A stretch of DNA of 56,967 nucleotides from an uncultured Candidatus Saccharibacteria bacterium. GTDB lineage: Bacteria > Patescibacteriota > Minisyncoccia > Minisyncoccales > CAYZYK01. The stretch covers positions 1 through 56,967 of the forward strand of contig CAZDPT010000004.1 of NCBI GenBank assembly GCA_964507665.1, given 5' to 3'. Below the pieces are notes generated by a model, which saw nothing but the letters and a program-made list of their open reading frames with translations, did not search any database and was not told the origin of the DNA. Below, in pieces: positions 25,992 through 34,108 of the stretch. Position numbers and translations under genes: made by a program. The first letter of the stretch is position 1. Each line of letters starts with the position of its first letter.

Positions 25992-27512
25992 ATGTCAAAA
26001 AAATATTACTTTAAAAAAATATCTCTTTTTTTAACCATAACTCTTGTTTTGTTTTTAAGTGGTATATTTTTGTTTTCAAAGATTGAATTGTCTGGAGCTC
26101 AGAATGATATTGAGGTTTTAAGACCAACCAATCATACTGATTATCGGGGACAAACCACAAATCCAGAACTTGCTTACGATTCAAGCAACGGCACTACTTT
26201 TTCTACTACAGATTTTTCTGATACAGGTAATCCCTCAATTTCTTTTCATACCTGGCAGCTAGCAACTAAAAGTTATACAAGTTTATTTTTAAAGTATCGT
26301 TATCATGCAGACACGGCAACTGATGACACTTACGGGGTGGCTTTTTCAACTGATGGAGGTTCAACCTGGACAGATTTAGTTTCACCCACCTCAAACGGAG
26401 CAGACGATAGTACAGTTACAGCAACTCTTTCCCCGAGCCAGGATTTATCTCAACTCCAAGTTAAAATTTACACCTCAAAAGAGAGACGTCCCGACAGAAA
26501 AAATCTCTATACCAGAGATATTTGGACAGAAGGAACTTATGAGATTACCCCCACTGTTACTGTTGGTAGTACCGGTTCCCAAATAGAAAATATGTTAATT
26601 CCTTCAAGCGACAATTATGTTGGGGGCGCTTTTACTTTCACTCGCAATACGGGGACTTGTGATGTAACCCAAATTGTTATTACAGAAACAGGCACAGTTA
26701 ACGCCAATCAAAACCTTTCCAATTTGAAATTGTATTATGAAGTTTCAGATAGTTGTGATTTTGAAGGAACAGAAAACCTTTTTGGTTCCGCTGATTCTTT
26801 TGATACTTCAGAGAAAGCAGTAGTTACAGGAACGATGCCCGTTGGCACTTCTCAAGTTTGTGTTTATCCAGTAATAGATGTAGGAGCGGGGGCTCTGGAA
26901 GATAGCACTTTGGAAATTGAAATTTCTGAGCCCTCAACTGAGGTTTCGGTTACGGAGGGTGTGGTTTCTCCTTCAACTCCAGTTGCTATTTCGGGCACAA
27001 CTACTCTTACTGTTGCTTTTCCTCCCGCTACCTGGAAAGCCCCAGAAGATACTCCTATCAGCGGAGTTAATAAGTTAGAAAATATAAGGTTAAGGCTCCA
27101 GGTAAAAAACAGCGGCGGGGAAACCCCAGATTATGATTATCAATTAGAATACGCTGGCAAGGTGGGAGATTTTTGTGGCGATGATGAATCCTTCAGCGCT
27201 GTTCCTGTTACTGCCACAACAGAACCATTTGAGATTACAGACAGCACTTATGTTTCGGATGGTGATCCAACTACCGCCAGATTAACTGTTCCCGAAGAAT
27301 ATAGTTTTGTTTCTGGGAATATGGTTGAGGACCCCTCTAATTCTTCTGGGATTTTAAATTTATCTTTTGAAGAATACACTGAGATTGAATTTGTTTTTCA
27401 AGCAACCAATAATGCTGTTGACGGGGAAAATTATTGTTTTAGAGCAAGTAACAAAGGTACCAGTTTAAATGAATATTCGGTCTATGCTGAATTACAAGTA
27501 GCTACTCCTTAA
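25992..27512 (+). CDS. secreted multi-domain pilus-locus protein (possible adhesin/tip factor)
   Basis: N-terminal signal/anchor, not prepilin-type. Asp-box 'STDGGSTW'. C-terminal module 'ATWKAPEDT..NIRLRLQVKNSGG...YCFRASN'. Confidence 0.6.
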   Translation: MSKKYYFKKISLFLTITLVLFLSGIFLFSKIELSGAQNDIEVLRPTNHTDYRGQTTNPELAYDSSNGTTFSTTDFSDTGNPSISFHTWQLATKSYTSLFLKYRYHADTATDDTYGVAFSTDGGSTWTDLVSPTSNGADDSTVTATLSPSQDLSQLQVKIYTSKERRPDRKNLYTRDIWTEGTYEITPTVTVGSTGSQIENMLIPSSDNYVGGAFTFTRNTGTCDVTQIVITETGTVNANQNLSNLKLYYEVSDSCDFEGTENLFGSADSFDTSEKAVVTGTMPVGTSQVCVYPVIDVGAGALEDSTLEIEISEPSTEVSVTEGVVSPSTPVAISGTTTLTVAFPPATWKAPEDTPISGVNKLENIRLRLQVKNSGGETPDYDYQLEYAGKVGDFCGDDESFSAVPVTATTEPFEITDSTYVSDGDPTTARLTVPEEYSFVSGNMVEDPSNSSGILNLSFEEYTEIEFVFQATNNAVDGENYCFRASNKGTSLNEYSVYAELQVATP

Positions 27513-27566
27513 AATTTATTGTTTTTAAATTATTTCTCAAAACCTGCCTAAAATTTTTATAAAATT

Positions 27567-28151
27567 ATGAGATTTAAAAAACCAAAAGTTTGCCAGGGGT
27601 TTACTTTAATTGAGTTTATAGTTTATATCGCAATTGTGGTGGTAATTTTAGTGGTTTCTTTACAGTTCGGATGGGAAATAATTTTTGGCAACATCAAGGC
27701 TCAAGCTCAAAGAGAGGTTCAACAGAATTTGAGAGTAGCCATGGAGAAAATGGCCAGGATTATAGAAGAGGCAAGTTCAATAAACAGTCCCGCTCCTGGA
27801 AATTCGGCTGGTTCTTTAAGTTTAGAGATAGCAGATTTAAATCGGAACCCCACTGTTTTTGAAGTAGTAAATGGTAAACTTTACTTAAGGACGGGGGTAG
27901 AGGAGCCCTATGAATTAACTAACAACAGAGTGAAAGTTAGCAATCTTCAGTTTACAAATCTTTCTTATCCTGATAATCCGGGCGTGATTCAGGTTAAACT
28001 TAAGATAGAACACATTAATTCCGAGCAAAGGAACGAGTATGCTGTTTCTTTAAATTCCCAATCAACTGTTTCTTTGCCTGCTGCTGGAGTTGCTCCCCCG
28101 GTTGTGGTTCAATCTCATTATCGTTGGCGTAATGATGATGGTGGAGAATAA
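27567..28151 (+). CDS. pseudopilin with C-terminal HYRWRNDDGG tag
   Basis: 'CQG/FTLIEFIVYIAIVV' prepilin signal. Ends '...VVQSHYRWRNDDGGE*'. Confidence 0.7.
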   Translation: MRFKKPKVCQGFTLIEFIVYIAIVVVILVVSLQFGWEIIFGNIKAQAQREVQQNLRVAMEKMARIIEEASSINSPAPGNSAGSLSLEIADLNRNPTVFEVVNGKLYLRTGVEEPYELTNNRVKVSNLQFTNLSYPDNPGVIQVKLKIEHINSEQRNEYAVSLNSQSTVSLPAAGVAPPVVVQSHYRWRNDDGGE

Positions 28152-28203
28152 AGTGTTTTTAAAAAAAATATAAAAAGTTTTATTATAAAAAGAGAGAAAT
28201 AAA

Positions 28204-28626
28204 ATGAACCCCAATCAAAAATTAGATAAAAATATTAATCAAAACGGTTATATAGCATTGATTTCAGTTTTTATTATTTCTGCTCTCACAATACTTATTG
28301 CTTCTTCTGCTTCTTTGGTTGGCATTGGGGAATCAAATGTTGGATTACAAGAAAGCCAAAGTTGGGGCGCTTTTTACCTTGCTAATCTTTGTGCTGAACA
28401 AGCATTGATGAAGTTAAAGGAAAACTCAAATTACACAGGGAACGAAACTTTAACTTTTGAGAACGGGAGTTGTGAAATTTATGAGGTTTTGGGAGGTGGC
28501 AATGAAAACAGAGAAGTGAGAGTTTTTGGTAGCGCTTTTGGACAAATTAGGAAAATTAGAATTGAAATAAATTTAATTAACCCCGAAATGCAGATAAAGT
28601 CCTGGCAGGAAGTAACAAAAATTTAA
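28204..28626 (+). CDS. minor pilin-like protein (PilX-like, no Glu+5)
   Basis: N-terminal hydrophobic helix 'GYIALISVFIISALTILIASS'. Located within the pilin cluster. Confidence 0.45.
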   Translation: MNPNQKLDKNINQNGYIALISVFIISALTILIASSASLVGIGESNVGLQESQSWGAFYLANLCAEQALMKLKENSNYTGNETLTFENGSCEIYEVLGGGNENREVRVFGSAFGQIRKIRIEINLINPEMQIKSWQEVTKI

Positions 28627-28630
28627 AAAT

Positions 28631-29917
28631 ATGATTTTTGATTTTATTAAAAAATTTCCATTTGGAATTGACATAAGTGATTTTTCTATTGAAATCTTAG
28701 AATTGAAAAAAAGTTTTGGTAAAGTCTATCTTAGAAGTTACAGTAGAACTAAGCTGGAAGAAGGGATTGTTAGGGATGGGAAGATAAAAGATAAAGGAAA
28801 ATTGAAACAAAAAATAAGTTACTTATTGAAAAACGCTTTTCCTAAAAAACCAAGAACAAAAAAGGTGGTTCTTTCTTTGCCAGAATCTAAAGTTTTCTTT
28901 CAATTTTTAGAATTACCTACTGATCTTTATGGTAAGAAATTAAAAGATGCTGTTGAAAATGAAATTTTAAAGGCAGTTCCAATAGATTCCTTAAACCTTT
29001 ATTTTGATTTTAGAGTAATTTCAAGAACAAAAGATTCCCAGAGAGTTCTTTATACAGCAACTATGAAGAAAATTGTTGATGAATATTTGGAGATTCTTGA
29101 AGGTGTGGGCTTGATTCCTTTTGTTTTAGATATAGAATCTGCTAGTTTAGCTCGAGCTTTAAAAAGACAAATACCAAAAGAAGGGTCTGCTCTTTTAATA
29201 GATATTGGAGCTCGAACTACTATTTTGACTGTAGTTGATAAAGGCAAGATTCAACAGAGTGCTATTGTTTCTGTGGCCGGGGAGCATTTTACAGAAGCAA
29301 TTGCTGAAAAAATGGAAATCTCAGAGGAGAAAGCAGAGAAATTAAAAATAACTTGTGGCATTGATCCCGAGAAGAAAGGGGGTAGAATTATGTTTATCTT
29401 ACAGAATCTTATTCAGGAAATTTTAGATAAAGCAGAAGATGTTATTAATTTTTATAAAAAGAAAACTGGTAAAGAAGTGAAAAAAATTATACTTTGCGGG
29501 GGTTCCAGTTTTATGCCTCATCTTCCTCTTGATTTTGAATCAAATCTTAATATTAAAACTGAGTTTGCAGATCCTTGGAAAGGAATTCAGATAAAAAAGA
29601 GATTTAAAGAAACAAAAAAACCTATTTTATCTGAACCAGACAAATCTTCCAAAATTAAAGATGTTATTGAACAAAGACTTCATCCTGGACTTTTCACTAA
29701 TGTTATTGGTTTAGCTAAAAGGGGACTTGAAGATGATCCTGAAATGAGTGGAATAAATTTAATACCAAAAGAAAAAAGAGAGAAACCTGCTTTTGTCGGT
29801 GGGAAACTAAACAAAAGCAAAACCTTTGCTGTTTTTGTTGTTTTATTTACCACAAGCACTGTTGGTTTTTTAGGGTGGATTATTTATACTTATATTTTAA
29901 ATCCTTTTCTGTTATAA
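28631..29917 (+). CDS. pilM: PilM-like actin-fold pilus assembly protein with C-terminal TM helix
   Basis: 428 aa. Actin/HSP70-like motifs ('LLIDIGARTT', 'IILCGGSS') and a C-terminal TM segment (PilM-PilN-like fusion). Confidence 0.7.
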   Translation: MIFDFIKKFPFGIDISDFSIEILELKKSFGKVYLRSYSRTKLEEGIVRDGKIKDKGKLKQKISYLLKNAFPKKPRTKKVVLSLPESKVFFQFLELPTDLYGKKLKDAVENEILKAVPIDSLNLYFDFRVISRTKDSQRVLYTATMKKIVDEYLEILEGVGLIPFVLDIESASLARALKRQIPKEGSALLIDIGARTTILTVVDKGKIQQSAIVSVAGEHFTEAIAEKMEISEEKAEKLKITCGIDPEKKGGRIMFILQNLIQEILDKAEDVINFYKKKTGKEVKKIILCGGSSFMPHLPLDFESNLNIKTEFADPWKGIQIKKRFKETKKPILSEPDKSSKIKDVIEQRLHPGLFTNVIGLAKRGLEDDPEMSGINLIPKEKREKPAFVGGKLNKSKTFAVFVVLFTTSTVGFLGWIIYTYILNPFLL

Positions 29918-29987
29918 TATTAAAAGATAATAACTTAAAATTATTAAAGGTCGGAACTTAAGAATTTGAAAATTAAACTTTAAAAAT

Positions 29988-30452
29988 ATGTCCAAACAAG
30001 GTTTTACTTTAATCGAAATATTAATTGTTATTGGAATGATTGCTATTTTGGCTGCAGCAGTAATTATTGCTATTAACCCTGCTCGTCAGTTCGCCCAAGC
30101 CAGGAATACTCAAAGGTGGTCTGGAGTTAATTCTATCTTAAATGCTGTTCACCAGAATATGGTGGATAACCACGGCCAGTGGACTTGTGATGTTGATGGT
30201 GATGGAACCAATGATGATATCCCTTCAACAGCAACAAATATGGGAAGCGACACTGAGGGCGGTGACTATGATATTTGTGATTGTTTGGTTCCAACCTATA
30301 TTGCTACTTTACCTTATGATTTAAATGGTGGTTATTATACTGATTGTGCAGATTATGATACTGGATTTACTATTTTAGAGGATGCTAACGGAAGAATAAC
30401 TGTAGATGCTCCCAGTGCTGAATTGGATGCTACTATTAGCGTAACCAGATAA
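29988..30452 (+). CDS. type IV major pilin
   Basis: Short leader 'MSKQG/FTLIEILIVIGMIAILAA' and a C-terminal Cys pair. Confidence 0.85.
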   Translation: MSKQGFTLIEILIVIGMIAILAAAVIIAINPARQFAQARNTQRWSGVNSILNAVHQNMVDNHGQWTCDVDGDGTNDDIPSTATNMGSDTEGGDYDICDCLVPTYIATLPYDLNGGYYTDCADYDTGFTILEDANGRITVDAPSAELDATISVTR

Positions 30453-30528
30453 AACCCTCTTCAGGGGAGGTTATCTTTCAAGGGTCGACTTATATTTTAA
30501 TAAGTCTTAATATTTAATGATCTAAAAT

Positions 30529-30669
30529 ATGAATAAGATCAGTCGTGGTTTTGTTTCGAATGAACAAAGGCAATTTAAGTTTAAATTAGGGAACACTCTT
30601 GCCTCTGCTTTATCTGGTTTTATTGCGGGATTGATTGCTGCTTTAATTGTAGTTTTGGTAGCTTTGTGA
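30529..30669 (+). CDS. possible 46-aa tail-anchored membrane peptide
   Basis: ATG-to-TGA ORF not in the track. C-terminal hydrophobic helix 'LSGFIAGLIAALIVVLVAL'. No clear RBS. Confidence 0.25.
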   Translation: MNKISRGFVSNEQRQFKFKLGNTLASALSGFIAGLIAALIVVLVAL

Positions 30670-30695
30670 AATATTCTTTCTGGTTTTGGTAATCT

Positions 30696-30720
30696 AAAAA
30701 CGCCGTTTTGGGCGTTTTTA
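30696..30720. terminator. bidirectional rho-independent terminator
   Basis: AAAAACGCC-GTTTTG-GGCGTTTTT, flanked by an A-run and a T-run, between convergent genes. Confidence 0.75.
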
Positions 30721-30752
30721 GGTTAGAGATTAATTTCTTCTTGGGTTTGTAA

Positions 30753-32162
30753 TTAGTATAAATCCTTGTAAAGGTATTTATCAACAACTAAACCGTTTTT
30801 ATCCTTTAGGTAAAATATATCAATTCCTTCACCGACAATATTTTTTCCCATATAAATATGCCATTGGCTTTGTAGAAAGTCTTCTTCATTGGAGTAATTT
30901 TTGAAACAACCAGAATAATTAAAGTTTTCTGTTATATAATCTACGCAATCTGGATCTGTTACAATTTGGGAATTCTCTTCATAATCTGGTATTTCACATC
31001 TTCTGATATCTAAAATATATTGTTGGCAATAATCACTTAAATCTAAAATTTCTTCTGTAAAATCTTCCTCCCCCCATCTTGGTGAAGGACAGTACCTTGG
31101 AATTCGAATGGGGAAGTCATAAAAATTAGTTAAATAACCCATACATCTGTTAAGTTTAAAATTGTTGTCTCTTCCTTTTGGATTCTCACCCCCTGATAAA
31201 TAAATTCTGTCACCAGACTTCACAAAGATATCTTCAAGGTGTTCTCGACGGTGAGGATCATATCTTTCTATTCCTTTGGGAATCACAAAACTTCTGTTTT
31301 CCCCTTCAATTTTCCAACCGGTAATATTAATTTCTTCTTCACCTCTGAGGCGAGAAGAAAGGGTTATTAAACAAGGCTCTGAAGAAGTTTTTGATTTCAT
31401 TTGAGATATTCTTATTTTATTGAAATAGGGAGAAGTATTTATTTTAAATTTTCTTTTTGCTGGCGTTGTATCAATGAAAGTTTCATATTTTCTATCAATC
31501 CTGAGTCCGATTTTGGCTCTAACTTGGAATTCATATTCTTTGGGTCCTGCAGGTAATCTTACTTTTCTTTGATTTGAATAACTTGTTCTCCAATCTTCCT
31601 CAAATCCTTCAATTTTTGTCTCAAACCATATTCTCCCTTCGCTGTCTTTTGGGGTAATATTAGCTTCAAACTGGAATTCAACTTGATTTGTCTCAGTTAT
31701 AATTTCATTCTGTTGAGGACCTGAAATTATTTTAGTATCAACCAGAACAACTGTTTCTTCTTTTTTAGTTTGTGGTGGAGAATAGTGATAAGAGATAGTT
31801 TGTTGTTCTTTTTTATCTTTGTTTGATTCAAGAACAGGGTAAGGATAAGTTGGGGGAGGAGTAGATGGGTTTTCAAATCCAGAATCAGTTTCTGTTGGTT
31901 TCTCTTTTTCTTCTGGGGGGTGTTGGGTTTCTTTTTCTTCTGGTTCAGAATAAGATATTTCTTTTTCTGTTGGATAGATCTTGGGAGTTCTACCAAGTAA
32001 AGAATTTATTCTAGCCAGAAATGAACTTTCTCTGATTCTTATTCTAGCTTTCTGCCATTCCAAAGATTGATCTGTAATGTCTTGCCAGATCAAAAACACC
32101 ATCGCAGAACAGATTCCCAAGCCAACAACAATCATAACCAGTAGGATATAGATAAGTCGCAT
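30753..32162 (-). CDS. membrane-anchored surface protein with lamin-tail-like (LTD) domain and Cys-rich C-terminus
   Basis: N-terminal TM helix, Pro/Glu/Lys-rich linker, and 'INITGWKIEGENRSFVIPKG' LTD-like motif. Start set at ATG 32162 because the TTG at 32201 forms a -35 box. Confidence 0.6.
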   Translation of the reverse strand: MRLIYILLVMIVVGLGICSAMVFLIWQDITDQSLEWQKARIRIRESSFLARINSLLGRTPKIYPTEKEISYSEPEEKETQHPPEEKEKPTETDSGFENPSTPPPTYPYPVLESNKDKKEQQTISYHYSPPQTKKEETVVLVDTKIISGPQQNEIITETNQVEFQFEANITPKDSEGRIWFETKIEGFEEDWRTSYSNQRKVRLPAGPKEYEFQVRAKIGLRIDRKYETFIDTTPAKRKFKINTSPYFNKIRISQMKSKTSSEPCLITLSSRLRGEEEINITGWKIEGENRSFVIPKGIERYDPHRREHLEDIFVKSGDRIYLSGGENPKGRDNNFKLNRCMGYLTNFYDFPIRIPRYCPSPRWGEEDFTEEILDLSDYCQQYILDIRRCEIPDYEENSQIVTDPDCVDYITENFNYSGCFKNYSNEEDFLQSQWHIYMGKNIVGEGIDIFYLKDKNGLVVDKYLYKDLY

Positions 32163-32172
32163 ATACTTTATA

Positions 32173-32201
32173 ATTCTACCATTATAATTTAATAATGTCA
32201 A
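32173..32201 (-). promoter_or_regulatory. sigma70-like promoter TTGACA-17-TAGAAT, very short leader
   Basis: On the minus strand: TTGACA (32201-32196), 17-nt spacer, TAGAAT (32178-32173). The ATG lies 10 nt downstream of the -10 hexamer. Confidence 0.45.
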
Positions 32202-32292
32202 ATAATATTGTTTAAGGTTGAGTATTAGATTACAACCAACACTTTTTATTATGGTTGACTCCAGTCTTTAAAAAATAGTAAAATTAAGAAAG

Positions 32293-34083
32293 ATGACTCA
32301 AAACAAAAGGAATAAAAAATTAAAATTTTTTAATTTATCTTTTTTGTATTCAGATAGATTCTGGATTGAGGTATTAACCTTAATTTTTATTGTAACAATA
32401 ACAATATTCGGTTTTTTCATTTTAAGAGAATCGTTTCAAGTTTTAGCTGCTACCAGTACTGTCCGTCCCAATGGAGATTATGAAACAATGGATTGGACGG
32501 ATTGTGGTCAAACTTATCATTATGAATGTATTGATGAAGCTGTGAGTGAACCAGACTCTGGTGGAAGTGATTATATCTCAGCTGGCTCTGTGAGGTTTAG
32601 TGATGAGTTTGAAATGGGAACTGTTGATATGGGTGGTGGTTCAGCAAGCAGTGTTGAAGTTTGGGTTTTAGGTTATGGTTCAAAGCCAGCAGAGACAGAT
32701 GTTACTCTTTATTGGAGTGGGGGAAACACTAGCGCTCAAATTGTAACTTTACCAACTAGTGAGGGGTGGGTTAGTACGACTTTCACTGGCTTATCTTTAA
32801 GTCAAGATGATCTTAATAGTTTAAGAATAAGATTGACAACAACTCAAGGGGGAAGATCCTATCTTGTTAACGTTCTATACGCTGATGTAACTTATACCAG
32901 CCCTCCCACAGTAACCACTAGTTCAGCTAGTGATATTGGAACAACTAGTGCTACTGGAAACGGGGAAATAACTGATACGGGTGGGGAGGATTGTGATGAG
33001 AGAGGTTTTGTTTGGGACACTACCTCACGTGGTGATCCTGGTAATACTTCCCCAGATAATTCTAATTATCCTAATTCTACTAATGAAACAGGAACTTTTG
33101 GTACAGGGACTTTCAGTTTGACTATGAGCGGTTTATCTTCTGGTACAACTTATTATTATCGAGCTTATGCTCATAATTCTACAGGATATTCTTATGGAGG
33201 AGAGGTTAGTTTCACTACTGTCTCTATTGCTATTTCAATAACTGATGGAACAGTAGGTTATGGAACTTTAGGTCTTAACAGTACTGCAGATACAGTCTCT
33301 ATGACAGGTTATGTTGATCCAGATGGGGATGGTGCAACAATAGAGTGGAATTGTACTGATGGTAGCGGATCAGATGGTGATTGTTCAACAGGACATTACA
33401 CAACAATTGATGAAGGAACGAGAGATCCCAATACTCCAAATACTGATGGTTATATCTCTGTGGCCAATAATGGTTCCAGTGACTATTTAACTATGGGGAC
33501 TCTGACGAACCCTGATTCTGTAAGTCAAATTGATGTTTATGTCTACGGGAAAATAGAGGATACAGCAGAAGATGTTAATGTAGATATTTCCAAAGATGGA
33601 AGTAACTGGGAGGGAGCTCAGAGTCTCTCTTTGGGAACCACAAACGCTTGGAAAAGTTCTTCTTTTACGGGTTTGAGTTGGAGTAAAACGGACTTGGATG
33701 GTCTCCAGGTTAAATTAACTAAGACAGGAGGGGGTTCTTATACTGCTTATATTTATTCTATGTATGCTAAAATTAGTTATAATCAGAGTCAGACTGTAAG
33801 CAATGATGGTGATGCTGCAGAGGACTTTAATATTAAAGGTCAAAACAGTGATTCTTGGACTTTAGCTGGAACAGCAGGAAATGAACAATACAAACATGAA
33901 TTTTCCTCAGATAGTGGTTCAACCTGGACTGCTCTGACAACTTCCTATCAAGACCTGGCTTTAAGTATTGCTTCGGGTGCTACTGTCGGGTTAGATTTAA
34001 GAATCACTACCCCAACTAGTACTTCTGTGAGTAGTCAACAAAATGTTGATGTAACAGTTCAAGCAGTGGAATCTGGTTCTTAA
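32293..34083 (+). CDS. membrane-anchored multi-domain surface protein (two jelly-roll-like modules, Fn3-like module, split beta-sandwich domain)
   Basis: N-terminal TM helix, internal repeat ending 'GLS.S..DL..L...LT.T', 'TYYYRAYAHNSTGYSYG' Fn3-like module, and a C-terminal domain homologous to the 36670 protein. Confidence 0.7.
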   Translation: MTQNKRNKKLKFFNLSFLYSDRFWIEVLTLIFIVTITIFGFFILRESFQVLAATSTVRPNGDYETMDWTDCGQTYHYECIDEAVSEPDSGGSDYISAGSVRFSDEFEMGTVDMGGGSASSVEVWVLGYGSKPAETDVTLYWSGGNTSAQIVTLPTSEGWVSTTFTGLSLSQDDLNSLRIRLTTTQGGRSYLVNVLYADVTYTSPPTVTTSSASDIGTTSATGNGEITDTGGEDCDERGFVWDTTSRGDPGNTSPDNSNYPNSTNETGTFGTGTFSLTMSGLSSGTTYYYRAYAHNSTGYSYGGEVSFTTVSIAISITDGTVGYGTLGLNSTADTVSMTGYVDPDGDGATIEWNCTDGSGSDGDCSTGHYTTIDEGTRDPNTPNTDGYISVANNGSSDYLTMGTLTNPDSVSQIDVYVYGKIEDTAEDVNVDISKDGSNWEGAQSLSLGTTNAWKSSSFTGLSWSKTDLDGLQVKLTKTGGGSYTAYIYSMYAKISYNQSQTVSNDGDAAEDFNIKGQNSDSWTLAGTAGNEQYKHEFSSDSGSTWTALTTSYQDLALSIASGATVGLDLRITTPTSTSVSSQQNVDVTVQAVESGS

Positions 34084-34108
34084 GGAATTTTTACTTAGAA
34101 TCATAATA

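Noticed and set aside
32163-32201. TTG-initiated 13-codon extension of the minus-strand LTD gene.
   Set aside because: The TTG is part of a TTGACA-17-TAGAAT promoter-like element. The hydrophobic signal/anchor begins right at ATG 32162.
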